Shown piece by piece: positions 1 through 9,153 of a stretch of 33,100 nucleotides of DNA (position 1 is the first letter of the stretch; each line of letters starts with the position of its first letter). Source of the DNA: a virus. Its lineage: Duplodnaviria > Caudoviricetes. The notes below the pieces were generated by a model. It did not search any database, was not told the origin of the DNA, and saw nothing but the letters and a program-made list of their open reading frames with translations. The DNA is taken from IMG/VR virus record IMGVR_UViG_3300049436_000065, positions 1-33,100 of that record. One strand, written 5' to 3'. Both the position numbers and the translations under genes were made by a program.

Positions 1-48
1 CTTCTGCAAGCGCGAGATCATGCAGACGAGTACGCGGGCATCCAGTGA
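1..48 (+). CDS. 3' end of an upstream gene (partial)
   Basis: Frame 1 is open (LLQARDHADEYAGIQ*) and its TGA overlaps the GTG of the next gene (GTGA). Confidence 0.4.
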   Translation, partial: LLQARDHADEYAGIQ

Positions 49-500
49 TCATCTTCCGCAAGGCGCGCCGCCGGCACCCCGGCGTGTACGTCTACCTCAC
101 CCGGCGTCATCTGCGCCGCGGGGTGGAAGTCGGCTACGTCGGCAAGTCCAACCACCTCGAGCTGCGCAAGGTGCAGCACGAGACCAAGCCGTGGGCGGAC
201 CTCGTCGTCGGCTATCACGCACTGCGCCTGCCGTGGTGGCTGGGCTGGCAGTGGGTCACGCTGTCGCTGGAGACGCTGGTCATCCTCACGCTGCGCCCCC
301 GGTACAACTGGCAGAAGAATCCGCGCCGGTCGAAGGTTGGACCCGCCACGCAGACGGTCCAGCGGCTTGTGCGGGATCGGACCCATTGGCTCGATGGCGC
401 TCGCGGTCCGGTGCGGATGTTCTCGCTGGGTTCGCTCGTCCCTGTTCTCGCCGTCGCGATGATCGTCGTGGGCGGTATCGGATGGTTTCTTAACAGTTAG
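45..500 (+). CDS. GIY-YIG nuclease-family protein with C-terminal transmembrane helix
   Basis: GVYVY...YVGKS...R..QH...E...PRYN matches GIY-YIG motifs; hydrophobic tail LVPVLAVAMIVVGGIGWFL. Confidence 0.7.
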   Translation: MIIFRKARRRHPGVYVYLTRRHLRRGVEVGYVGKSNHLELRKVQHETKPWADLVVGYHALRLPWWLGWQWVTLSLETLVILTLRPRYNWQKNPRRSKVGPATQTVQRLVRDRTHWLDGARGPVRMFSLGSLVPVLAVAMIVVGGIGWFLNS

Positions 501-512
501 GTGGGGGAAGCA

Positions 513-707
513 ATGAAAAATACTCGCATCCCTGGACATGAACTTCGCAACGAGGGACGTCTGTACGTATCGTCGCTCGGCTACATCTCGGGCATTGTCG
601 GCCCGGGAACATGCTCATGCGGCGAAAGATCAGATCCGCTGCCGAACGCAGCTCGGCGCAAGGCATGGCACCGCGACCACAAGCAGAAGATTCGCGAGGC
701 ACGATGA
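513..707 (+). CDS. small Cys/His (probable Zn-binding) hypothetical protein
   Basis: GGGGGAAG upstream of ATG 513; CSCG...WHRDH; ATGA overlap with the next gene. Confidence 0.7.
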   Translation: MKNTRIPGHELRNEGRLYVSSLGYISGIVGPGTCSCGERSDPLPNAARRKAWHRDHKQKIREAR

Positions 708-1156
708 CGATGACCGACCTCGATCGCACGCTGAAAATGAAGCTGCCCGCACTGGTCGTGAAGTCGCAGCCCCGCCGCCCGGTGGAGGTCGCGACCGCGC
801 CGTACCATCGCAAGACGGACCTCGTCCGCGCCGTGTCCCGCCAGACCCAGCGCGGCGAGGTCCGCCCACTCACCCCGTACCCCGTATGGTCCGCCGAGCG
901 CGGCCGGTGGGAGCACCGCGTCGTCCGGCTCAAGGACGCGCCGCCCGCGTGGCGCCGCCCGGCCGGGATCGCGCTCGCCGTCCTGTCCGGCGTGAGCACC
1001 GTGCTGGCGCTCGGGTGGTGGGTGCTCGCCACCCTCGCCGCCGCGCCGCTGCTCGGCTTCCTGACGGCTGTCGGGGTGGCGCTGCTCGCGCTCGCCCGGG
1101 CCGGCCGCCGCCCATCCGTCACCGTGACCACCACGACTGAAGTGACGGTTCGGTAA
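704..1156 (+). CDS. membrane protein
   Basis: ATGA-coupled start; two hydrophobic helices near the C-terminus. Confidence 0.75.
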   Translation: MTMTDLDRTLKMKLPALVVKSQPRRPVEVATAPYHRKTDLVRAVSRQTQRGEVRPLTPYPVWSAERGRWEHRVVRLKDAPPAWRRPAGIALAVLSGVSTVLALGWWVLATLAAAPLLGFLTAVGVALLALARAGRRPSVTVTTTTEVTVR

Positions 1157-1194
1157 GTAATCAGCAAGTCAACTAACAGTTGGGGGTAAGGCAC

Positions 1195-2067
1195 GTGTTC
1201 TGGGTAGGAATCTTCTTCTTCATCGTGGCGCTTCTGGCGCTGTTCTCCATCCCCATCGCCGCACAGCGCGGTGTCGCCGTGTCGGTGGGCATCATCGCCG
1301 CACTCGTCGGCGCGCTGTCGTGGACGATCGGCAGCTACAACCGGGTGCCGACGCGCAACGTCGGCATCGTCACCTCGTTCAGCAAGCCGACCGGCGAGAT
1401 CACCGGCGCCGGTGTGCACTGGACGAAGCCGTGGCAGGACATCGACGACTGGGACGCCACCCGGCAGTCCTTCAACCACCTCGGCGACAACTGCCTCTGG
1501 GTGCAGATCGCGGGCCAGCGCAACATGTGCGTCCGGGTGCAAATCAACTGGGAGACCACGACGGCAGAACGCGCCGCCCTGAACTGGTCCACCTATCCGG
1601 AGAAGGATGGTCACTCCCGGTTCGAGCAGTTCGTCTCGCGCCAGGTCGAGCCGCTGTTCAATGATTCCCTGCTCGCCACTTTCCGTGACTTCGACCCGAT
1701 GTCTCTTGTCGACGCGAAGACCGGCGAGATGACGGCACCCGATCTGGCTGGCGCCTACACCCCGAAGCTCCAGGCGGCAATCGCTTCCCGGCTCGGCCAG
1801 GACATCGAGGTCAAGAGCATCTCGTGGGGACTGGTCGCCTACGACCAGGCAACCACCGCACTGATCAGCCAGCGCGGGCAGAAGGTGCTGGAGTCGCGGA
1901 ACCTGGAGATCGACGAGAAGAACGCGGCGGCGCGAGAGCGCATCGCGGGCAAGTCCGGTGTTCCCGCGGCCGTTCAGCAGTGCTTGGATCTGGTGAAGTT
2001 GCAGGGCAAGGGCGAGCCGGGCCTGTGCCTGTCCGGCAGCGTGGCGCTTACTCGCCCGATCAGCTAA
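1195..2067 (+). CDS. SPFH/Band-7 (prohibitin-like) membrane protein
   Basis: Two N-terminal TM helices, then VPTRNVGIVTSFSKPTG...GAGVHWTKPWQ typical of SPFH, and a helical C-terminus; start may be 1180 or 1195. Confidence 0.85.
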   Translation: MFWVGIFFFIVALLALFSIPIAAQRGVAVSVGIIAALVGALSWTIGSYNRVPTRNVGIVTSFSKPTGEITGAGVHWTKPWQDIDDWDATRQSFNHLGDNCLWVQIAGQRNMCVRVQINWETTTAERAALNWSTYPEKDGHSRFEQFVSRQVEPLFNDSLLATFRDFDPMSLVDAKTGEMTAPDLAGAYTPKLQAAIASRLGQDIEVKSISWGLVAYDQATTALISQRGQKVLESRNLEIDEKNAAARERIAGKSGVPAAVQQCLDLVKLQGKGEPGLCLSGSVALTRPIS

Positions 2068-2102
2068 ACGCCCTGCGGTCGGAGCGGACCGCAGGGGGCA
2101 CC

Positions 2103-2156
2103 AAAAAGCGCGGGGCCTGACCAGGCTGGATTGGGTGGTCAGGCCCCGCGCTTCTG
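2103..2156. terminator. bidirectional intrinsic terminator
   Basis: 18-bp perfect inverted repeat AAGCGCGGGGCCTGACCA (2106-2123) / TGGTCAGGCCCCGCGCTT (2136-2153) with an A-run, between convergent genes. Confidence 0.85.
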
Positions 2157-2163
2157 TGTGTGC

Positions 2164-2499
2164 CTAGGCTGACGCCGTCGGGGTGACCTGCGGCCGGATG
2201 CCGAACAGCGCGAACCCGACCAGCACCACACCGGAGATGCCCGCCACCACGGCGTCGGAGGCGTGCAGGCCGTACTCCGCGAACAGCGCGGCGCCCGCGC
2301 TGACCACAGCGGTGAACAGCGCCGGCGCGACCGGGCGGGTGGTGACCGCGATGATGACGGCGGTCACGAACGTGGTGATCGCGGCACCGGCGCCCGCGTC
2401 GAGGCCGTGGATGTTGAGGGAGACGAGCAGCGTGATCAGCGCGCCGATCGCCGAGATGATGAGGGCTGGTTCCCGGCCGAAGATCTTGATCTTGATCAC
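2164..2499 (-). CDS. holin
   Basis: KIFGREPALI... with about 4 TM helices ending RPQVTP; GGAGGA before GTG; last gene of the lysis cassette. Confidence 0.75.
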   Translation of the reverse strand: MIKIKIFGREPALIISAIGALITLLVSLNIHGLDAGAGAAITTFVTAVIIAVTTRPVAPALFTAVVSAGAALFAEYGLHASDAVVAGISGVVLVGFALFGIRPQVTPTASA

Positions 2500-2720
2500 T
2501 CCTCCGGAGCGAAGGTGAGGGTGTACGCCTTGCCGACCTCGAACCGGTCGGCGACCGCGCCTCGCAGGCCCATTGTCAGCGACAGCCCGGGCGTCCAGCG
2601 GGTCCATTCCCGGTTGCGGTTGTCGGCGTAGTCGGCGTTGAAACTGACGTTGACCGTGCGGTCATCGCCCTCGCCTGCCTCCTGCTTGTTGTTGCAGACG
2701 ATCTTCGCGGTGATGTTCAT
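2496..2720 (-). CDS. small soluble hypothetical protein (74 aa), probably leaderless
   Basis: MNITAKIVC...WTPGLSL...FEVGKAYTLTF; CATACT lies 6 nt upstream of the ATG; GTGA overlap with the holin. Confidence 0.75.
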   Translation of the reverse strand: MNITAKIVCNNKQEAGEGDDRTVNVSFNADYADNRNREWTRWTPGLSLTMGLRGAVADRFEVGKAYTLTFAPEE

Positions 2721-2751
2721 GGACGCAGTATGACTCATCCTCAGTGCCCGG

Positions 2752-3021
2752 TCACTCGGTAGACGATGACGCCGATCGCCGTTCCGGCGGCGACGCTCCC
2801 GGCGGTGATGTATCCCCACCGGTACGCGGCGCCCAGAAGTGAATCCAGCCGGGCACCCCGGCCAGGATCCCGCCCGCCACCATGATCGCCCAGTTGAATT
2901 CCTGGCGCGGCACGGCGAAGCCCTGCCACCCGATCAGCAGCGTGCCGAGGGAGAACCTGACCAGGTCTTTCGCCACGGTGACCGCGTCCGGCCGGGTACG
3001 CCGGGTGCGTCGCGTGCTCAT
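2752..3021 (-). CDS. membrane protein of the lysis cassette (holin-like/accessory)
   Basis: Two TM segments, basic N-terminus, directly downstream of the endolysin. Confidence 0.65.
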   Translation of the reverse strand: MSTRRTRRTRPDAVTVAKDLVRFSLGTLLIGWQGFAVPRQEFNWAIMVAGGILAGVPGWIHFWAPRTGGDTSPPGASPPERRSASSSTE

Positions 3022-3070
3022 GCATTGATCATCTCTCCTCGGGGCTGGGTGCGGGCATCGGCGCGCGGTC

Positions 3071-3865
3071 TCAGTTCTTCAGCCGCGCGTACAGCTCGTC
3101 AGCCACCGCGATCGCCATAGCCGGGGGGACGGCCGCGGCAATCTTCTCCGGCGTCAGGCCTGCCAGGACGCCCGCCACGATCTCCGCCTCATCCACGTTG
3201 TCCACGCCCGCGGCAGCGTTGATCGCGGCGATGATCACCGCCCGGGTGGTGATGTGTCGGCCCTCGTTGTAGCCCTCCCATACCGCCGCGGTCAGCTCCC
3301 GGTTGGGGTCGGCCGGATCCGCGTAGTCCGGGATCTTCGTGCCCCACACCGCGGCGGCGGCGGCGGCGCCGATGTCCTTCAAGTTCTGCGCGGTCAAATC
3401 CATCGGAAGCAGCTCCTCGAAACGGTAGTCGAAGGTGGTGTTCTCGTCGGCCGCCTGCGTGCGCTGGCCGGAGAAGTGAGCGTGCTCGGTGTGCGGGGAC
3501 GGCCCCGTGTACGGGCGCGGTGCCCACCCGTTCGACGCCTCGTAGATCGTTCGGTCGTAGATCATGTACCGGATCACGGCGCCGACGCCGGGCAGTCGGC
3601 GAATGTGGTCGATCACCATCTGCATGGTGACGCCCGGCGTCCGCAGGTCGTCGTCGAGGTCGATCGCGCGGACCTCGTTCTTCGCGTCCCCGTCCTTCCA
3701 CTCGGCGTTACCGGTGAGATCGGGGTTGTGTGAGCTGGCCGATTCCTTCTGGTGGGCAAGGTCGCCCACCTTTCCCGACGACGTGCGGTCAGCGCCCGGG
3801 AACGCGGCGTAGAACTGATCCCAGAGGTTCTGCATCCCCCTGGTCAGTACCCATGCGGTCGCCAT
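3071..3865 (-). CDS. endolysin (M15-like Zn peptidase fold)
   Basis: GDLAH...SSHNPD...VRAIDLD...HTEHAHFS Zn-peptidase motifs; lies between the tail tip and holin. Confidence 0.75.
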   Translation of the reverse strand: MATAWVLTRGMQNLWDQFYAAFPGADRTSSGKVGDLAHQKESASSHNPDLTGNAEWKDGDAKNEVRAIDLDDDLRTPGVTMQMVIDHIRRLPGVGAVIRYMIYDRTIYEASNGWAPRPYTGPSPHTEHAHFSGQRTQAADENTTFDYRFEELLPMDLTAQNLKDIGAAAAAAVWGTKIPDYADPADPNRELTAAVWEGYNEGRHITTRAVIIAAINAAAGVDNVDEAEIVAGVLAGLTPEKIAAAVPPAMAIAVADELYARLKN

Positions 3866-3874
3866 GATCGCAGC

Positions 3875-4405
3875 CTAGCCGACTCGACGAACGGTGAAGT
3901 TCGACCCGGGCTGAAGCGTGATGTTGTCGGCCGTGCTCGCCGTCGGCTTCCACTGGAAAGCCAGGCTCCCCGCCGCCGAAACGGCAACTCCCCGCACCGA
4001 CTCGGAAATGGACACGTAGGCACCGGATGCGGTGGCGATGCCATACCGCGCGTCCTGGTTGCTCGTCCCCCACCCTCGCAGGCTGACCTGGACGAGCGAT
4101 CCAGGCTGCGCCGTCGAAGTCGCACCGGGGCCGTACGTGTTACGTACCGTATTTGCCCACGTCCCGCTGAAAGACCACTGCGTGTCGATCAGCTTGTTCA
4201 CGTCGGCGGTGAAGAAGCCGAGGAAGTCAATGTCGTATGTGCCGATCTCCAGCGCGATGCCGGTCAGTTCAGGATCGGCCGCATAGGCGGTAGTGCTCAG
4301 CCGGGACGTCGCTGTCTGCTTGGTATACGTCTGCGGCAGCATGCTGTCCAGCAGATCGGCCGTGACCAGATCGCCGATCTCGATGTTCGGATATGTCGCC
4401 ATCAT
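3875..4405 (-). CDS. minor tail protein
   Basis: GDLVTADLLDSM N-terminus and beta-rich jelly-roll-like body; follows the large tail protein. Confidence 0.7.
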   Translation of the reverse strand: MMATYPNIEIGDLVTADLLDSMLPQTYTKQTATSRLSTTAYAADPELTGIALEIGTYDIDFLGFFTADVNKLIDTQWSFSGTWANTVRNTYGPGATSTAQPGSLVQVSLRGWGTSNQDARYGIATASGAYVSISESVRGVAVSAAGSLAFQWKPTASTADNITLQPGSNFTVRRVG

Positions 4406-7296
4406 GTCCTCGCTACGTAGAACTCATCGACCAGCGTGACGATCGCGCCCGCCGAATGCGCCTTGCTGACCCCGTTCACCGACCGGGCCGACAGGGTGAA
4501 CACCTGCACGCCCGCCGCCGGCGCGCCGATGCCGGACACGGTGATCTGTTCCCCGCCCATCATGATGTCGAGCGGGAAGTTCCCGGGCTTGCCCGCCGTC
4601 GTCCCCCACGTCTTCCCCGTCGCCGTGGTCACCGACATGCTCAGCGCACTGGAGTTGATGCCGGAGGTCAGCAGTGACCCGCCGTACCGTGGGGCGGCCC
4701 GGCGCGTCACCGACGCACTGAGGTCGGACACCGCCCGGTACGGGCCGTACGGCACCGTAGAGAAGGCCAGCCGGTGCGCGAACGTTCCCAGCGTCTCCAC
4801 ATACCCTCGAATGAGGGTGTCGCTGGCGCCGCCGCCCACCCAGACGGGCACGTCGGACACCCGCACCCGGTCGCCCGGGTTGAGCGACCGCATCTGCCGG
4901 GTGAGCGCAGCGTCCGTGACGAACGTCTGCCGCTCCAGCCACACTTCAAGGTTCGGCACCCGGCGATCAGGCCACGTCCCGAGGAACACGGCGAACTGCG
5001 CCAGGCCCGGCAGCTGCTCGTCGGTCTCGGGGTTGACGATGATCGGCGAGTCGTAGCGGCCGGCCGTGGCGATCGAGCGCGGCCCGGTCTCTTTCGACGC
5101 GACCGCGAACGCGCCGCCCGGGCTGCTCGCGGTCACCGCGTTCTTCAGCCCGAGGTCGTCGATCGTCGGCCGGAACTGCCCGGACAGGTGGGCGGTAGGT
5201 TTCGGGTAGGTCAGCTCCACCGGCTGCTGCGCGAGCAGGCTGCGGTAGGTGCGGAACACCAGCGCTGCCATGTCCCGGGCCTCGTACTGCAACGAGCCCG
5301 AGGTGACCACGCAGTCCGTCAGGTTCGTGGTGAGGGTGTCGATCTGCTGCGGGCCCATCGTGATGGTGTCAGCCGGCCAGCCCACACAGCGGCCCTCCAC
5401 GCCTTCCTCGCGCAGCAGCCGCAACCATCGCTCGGCGGCGTACTCACCGGTGAACGCCAGCGACATCCGGGAGAAGGCCGCGGTCGCGAACTCGAACCCG
5501 TCCACGTTGAGCAGCATGAAGTGTGCGAACGTCGCGTTCAGCCCGGCAGATGCGATGCCGGGAGATGTCGCGAACCCGGTAATCGCGCCGACGGTGGCGG
5601 ATGCGATGGTCAGCGGCGACAGCCCGAGAAACGTCGTCTGCGTGCCCAGCGGATACCAGGCCAGGTTCAGATCGACGCCGGTCCCGTTCTTGTTGGCGCG
5701 CATCTGCACGGCCAGCCACTGGCCCGGTCCGGTGTTCGCCCCGAACACCCCGCCGGTGTTGCCGAGACTGGTGCCGGTCGCGTCGTAGGCCGCGATGCGG
5801 TAGTTGGTGGCGGATATCGAGAACGTCACCTGGCGACAGGTACCGCTGAGGTACATGTGCACGGTGTTCGTATCGCTGGCCGGCGCCGCGTCGATCTTGT
5901 AGTAGAAGATGATCGTCGCCTGATCGGACGCCGCCGCCCCGGTAACCGATCCGGTGATATGGGAGTCGCTGTCGTTCAGGGTCATCACCCCCGCCGACGC
6001 GGGGAATTCGGTGTCCCTGGAGAACAGCACGTTTTCGACGACGGCGGGTCGCTGCCCCGGGACGGCGTTGCCGGCGGCGGTGGACTGGCTACCGCCTTCC
6101 AGCGTCCAGTAACCGACCGCACCCGCGCCGATGTACTGCCGCAGGTAGCGGAAGATCGACGAGCCGATGGACTGCCCGCCCTGCGTGATCCGCCGGACGA
6201 TGCCCGCCGCCTGGGTGGGGATGAGCACGTCGGCGCCGGTCGGATCCCAGGTCTGCGGCATCTCGGCAATCTCGGCGTACCCGCGATAGTCCGCCTTGGT
6301 GATCTCCGCGCTCTCCGCGAGCGTCCACGTGTTCGGAGTGCCCAGACCATCACTCCAGGACGTCGTACCCTCCGCCTGTGCGGTGGCGTTCATGTCGGCG
6401 ACCAGGGTCCCGCCGATTCCGGACCGCATCTGGAACCGGTACACCCGGCCGACCAGTGGCAGTGTGTAGCCGAAGGTGGGGTCGCCGACCAGGGCGATGC
6501 CGTCATCGACGTTGCCGATCGCGCCGACGGTGAGGATCGCCGTGCTGCTGAAGATGGACGTCGTCCCGGCCTGGGTGACGGTGCTGCCCAGTTGCGTCCA
6601 GCTGCCGGTGATGCTGTCCGAGGTGTAGAAGGTGATGTCCCGGCCGGCCGCGCCGTTGTTGACGTCGATCGTCACGCGCAGGGCGATGCGCCCGTTCCCG
6701 GGGACCGCTTCGGTGCAGTCGGCGTAGGTGCCCGCGGGGAGCGGGGACGCGCCGTCCGCCGACCAGTACAACCGCATGCATCCGTTGGCCTGCACGGTCC
6801 ACGCCCATGAGCGCTGCGCGGACGTCCAGTACTTGCCGGCCAGTTGCTGGCCCGCGCTGCCCAGCTGCCACTGATCGGGCTCGACCTCGATGCGCAGGTC
6901 CAGATCGCCGACGACGTCGAGAACGGCCTTGTCTGCGGTCTCCGCCCAGCCGATCTCCCAGCCGGACACGCCGAGGGCGATCGGCTCATCGTTCAGCCCG
7001 TTCGGCAGGTACAGGAACGGCGTCGCCTCCTCGAGGCTCACCCGGAACGGGGTGCCGGTGGGCAGCAGACCGTAGTACGCCGAGGCAGGGTTGTCGTCGG
7101 AGTACAGCCCGGCGGGGTTGTTGAGCGTGAAGCTGATCGACGACGCGGACAGCGCGGTCTGCTCCGGCGCGAAGCCGCCCCGGATGACGATGTCGGTGGT
7201 GGCGTCGTCGCTGCGGACGTCGGAGGTGATCTCCGTCCAGGTGCCGTCGATCAGCATCTCCGCGCGGATCGGCAGCGGCGTCTCGGGGAACGTCAC
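4402..7296 (-). CDS. large minor tail/tail-tip protein with LamG/ConA-like domains
   Basis: 964 aa right after the TMP; WTEITSDV...SFTLNNPAG tail-hub N-terminus, LamG-like inserts, VGYWTLEGG. Confidence 0.85.
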   Translation of the reverse strand: MTFPETPLPIRAEMLIDGTWTEITSDVRSDDATTDIVIRGGFAPEQTALSASSISFTLNNPAGLYSDDNPASAYYGLLPTGTPFRVSLEEATPFLYLPNGLNDEPIALGVSGWEIGWAETADKAVLDVVGDLDLRIEVEPDQWQLGSAGQQLAGKYWTSAQRSWAWTVQANGCMRLYWSADGASPLPAGTYADCTEAVPGNGRIALRVTIDVNNGAAGRDITFYTSDSITGSWTQLGSTVTQAGTTSIFSSTAILTVGAIGNVDDGIALVGDPTFGYTLPLVGRVYRFQMRSGIGGTLVADMNATAQAEGTTSWSDGLGTPNTWTLAESAEITKADYRGYAEIAEMPQTWDPTGADVLIPTQAAGIVRRITQGGQSIGSSIFRYLRQYIGAGAVGYWTLEGGSQSTAAGNAVPGQRPAVVENVLFSRDTEFPASAGVMTLNDSDSHITGSVTGAAASDQATIIFYYKIDAAPASDTNTVHMYLSGTCRQVTFSISATNYRIAAYDATGTSLGNTGGVFGANTGPGQWLAVQMRANKNGTGVDLNLAWYPLGTQTTFLGLSPLTIASATVGAITGFATSPGIASAGLNATFAHFMLLNVDGFEFATAAFSRMSLAFTGEYAAERWLRLLREEGVEGRCVGWPADTITMGPQQIDTLTTNLTDCVVTSGSLQYEARDMAALVFRTYRSLLAQQPVELTYPKPTAHLSGQFRPTIDDLGLKNAVTASSPGGAFAVASKETGPRSIATAGRYDSPIIVNPETDEQLPGLAQFAVFLGTWPDRRVPNLEVWLERQTFVTDAALTRQMRSLNPGDRVRVSDVPVWVGGGASDTLIRGYVETLGTFAHRLAFSTVPYGPYRAVSDLSASVTRRAAPRYGGSLLTSGINSSALSMSVTTATGKTWGTTAGKPGNFPLDIMMGGEQITVSGIGAPAAGVQVFTLSARSVNGVSKAHSAGAIVTLVDEFYVART

Positions 7297-8936
7297 GCGA
7301 CACCGGCCTGGCCGTAGAAGCCCTGCGTGCTGCCGTTGCCCTGGGTGCGCACCAGCTCGCGGGTCGGTTCCACCAGCTGCTGCGCGAGCACCTTGCCGTC
7401 CATCACCAGCTGCACGATGATCTGTCCGACCGCCTGTCCGGCGCCGGACAGCATCCGGGCGGTGTCGCCCGCCGAGTTGACGCGCGTGCCGGGCGGCAGC
7501 TCGAGCAGTTCCGGGCCGGCCTCGCCGACCATGCGTAGCCCGCCGTGCAACCCGCCGGTGGCCGCGCCGACGATGCCGCCGTGGGCGTAGCCGAGTTTAC
7601 TCAGTTTGGTGGCCAGGTCGATGGCGGCCCGGGCGGCGGACAGCCCGACGACATTGATACGCACGTTGACCTGAACGTCGCGGTCGAGTTTGCGGAAAGA
7701 GTCGTTGAACTTGGTGGCGAACGCGTCGACCTTCTGCGATGCGCTCCGCAATTTCGGGCCGATCACCGGATCCCAGCTGAACGCGTCGGCGGCGACGCGG
7801 AGAATCGCGGCGAGTCCCGAGATGATTCCGGAGATGACGATGCGGATGTCGCGGTAGGCGATGGTGAACATCTCGACCAGGACACCGGCGGCGCGGATGA
7901 TCAGCCCGATCACTTCGAGCAGGTCCCCGAAGAACAGGGCGGCGTCGTCGCCCGAGTCCCCGATGTGGTCGAAGAAACGGCCGATCGCGTCACCGATCAT
8001 CGGCATCTTGTCGGCGAGTACCTCGAAGATGGGCTTGGCTTTTTCGGCCGCCCGGATGACGCCGGGGAGTGCATTCTGGAGAAGCCCGATGAATCCGTTC
8101 CCGAGTTCGGTGAGCACCGGCGCGAACGCCTTGCCCAGGTCGTCGAGTTGTGGCTTCAGGGACTTCATGAACTCCTGGAACCGGACGAAGAAGTTCTCCA
8201 GCGGGGCGGTGAAGTTCTTGCCGAAGTTCTCCAGTTCCGCCTTGAGGTTGGCGAGGGTGCCTTTCGCCGCGCCCAGCACGATCGGGTCCTTGAACGCGCC
8301 CGCGATGCCCGCGGCCAGGACGCCGCCGCCGAGCGCGAGCCCGATCGCGGTGGAAATGGCCGCGCCGATCACCGGCGCCAGGACGACGGCGAGGGCTGCG
8401 ACGCTGATGCCTTTGATGACCGTCGATAGGATATCGCCGGAGAACACCCCGGACAGCACGCTTTCCGCGCTCGACTTGAAGCCGTCGGCGAATCGGGAGG
8501 CGGCATCCTTCCCCGCGCTGAAGAACCGGGAGAACAGGGACTGCTTGTCGACGTCGACGTTCACCGTGGCGTCCCCGCCGTTGCCACCGTTGCCGCCGGA
8601 GCGCCCGCGCCCCCCGTCGCCGCCATTCCCGCCGTCGCTGCCCATGCCGGTGACGAACCGTCCCCGGCTGTCGCGCAGCCGGCCGTTGACGTCACGGGTG
8701 ATCCGTTCGGAGATGCGCTGGGAGGCTATCGCGCCGATGTCGTCGCCGATGCCCTGCCCTGCGGAGATGAACCGGCCGCGGGAGTCGCGCAGGCGGGTGT
8801 TCACCTGCTCGGAGAAGGTGTCGGCGAATTTCTTGGAAACGGTCTTCGCCTGCGTGTCCGCGTCGCGGCCGAGCTGCTCGAATCCCGCTTTGCCTTCGTT
8901 CTTCACGCGGACGTGAATGACGACTTCATTGTCCAT
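7293..8936 (-). CDS. tape measure protein (short, 547 aa)
   Basis: Ala/Gly-rich helical sequence, YAHGGIV...VGEAGPEL C-terminal motif, follows the tail chaperone. Confidence 0.9.
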   Translation of the reverse strand: MDNEVVIHVRVKNEGKAGFEQLGRDADTQAKTVSKKFADTFSEQVNTRLRDSRGRFISAGQGIGDDIGAIASQRISERITRDVNGRLRDSRGRFVTGMGSDGGNGGDGGRGRSGGNGGNGGDATVNVDVDKQSLFSRFFSAGKDAASRFADGFKSSAESVLSGVFSGDILSTVIKGISVAALAVVLAPVIGAAISTAIGLALGGGVLAAGIAGAFKDPIVLGAAKGTLANLKAELENFGKNFTAPLENFFVRFQEFMKSLKPQLDDLGKAFAPVLTELGNGFIGLLQNALPGVIRAAEKAKPIFEVLADKMPMIGDAIGRFFDHIGDSGDDAALFFGDLLEVIGLIIRAAGVLVEMFTIAYRDIRIVISGIISGLAAILRVAADAFSWDPVIGPKLRSASQKVDAFATKFNDSFRKLDRDVQVNVRINVVGLSAARAAIDLATKLSKLGYAHGGIVGAATGGLHGGLRMVGEAGPELLELPPGTRVNSAGDTARMLSGAGQAVGQIIVQLVMDGKVLAQQLVEPTRELVRTQGNGSTQGFYGQAGVA

Positions 8937-9153
8937 CGTCGATCTCCCCCTTCCTTCCCATCGACTCGATCCGCAGCCAGCGCAGTATGCGCGCGTCTTC
9001 TGCCAGCAATTGCGACGGCAGGCACCCGAACCGTTCGCACAACCCCATGATCAGCTCGGCGTGGGCGAGTGCCATCGGCTTCTCTACAACGCCTCCGTCA
9101 GGAAGCTCGGCACCTCCGACTGCTTTCCAGCGTTCGATCTCCGATCCAAAGGG
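8926..9153 (-). CDS. tail assembly chaperone, -1 frameshift extension (gpGT-like)
   Basis: -1 frame is open from the slippery site: PFGSEIERWKAV...MALAHAELIMGLCERFGCLPSQLLAEDARILRWL...*; not in the ORF track. Confidence 0.75.
   Translation of the reverse strand, partial: PFGSEIERWKAVGGAELPDGGVVEKPMALAHAELIMGLCERFGCLPSQLLAEDARILRWLRIESMGRKGEIDDGQ

Noticed and set aside
2741-3025. Alternative 94-aa ORF overlapping the lysis membrane gene
   Set aside because: The 2752-3021 frame gives a more convincing two-TM protein; not fully excluded
4774-6810. 678-aa plus-strand ORF
   Set aside because: Antisense shadow of the tail-tip gene; Arg/Gly-rich and motif-free, as expected in high-GC DNA
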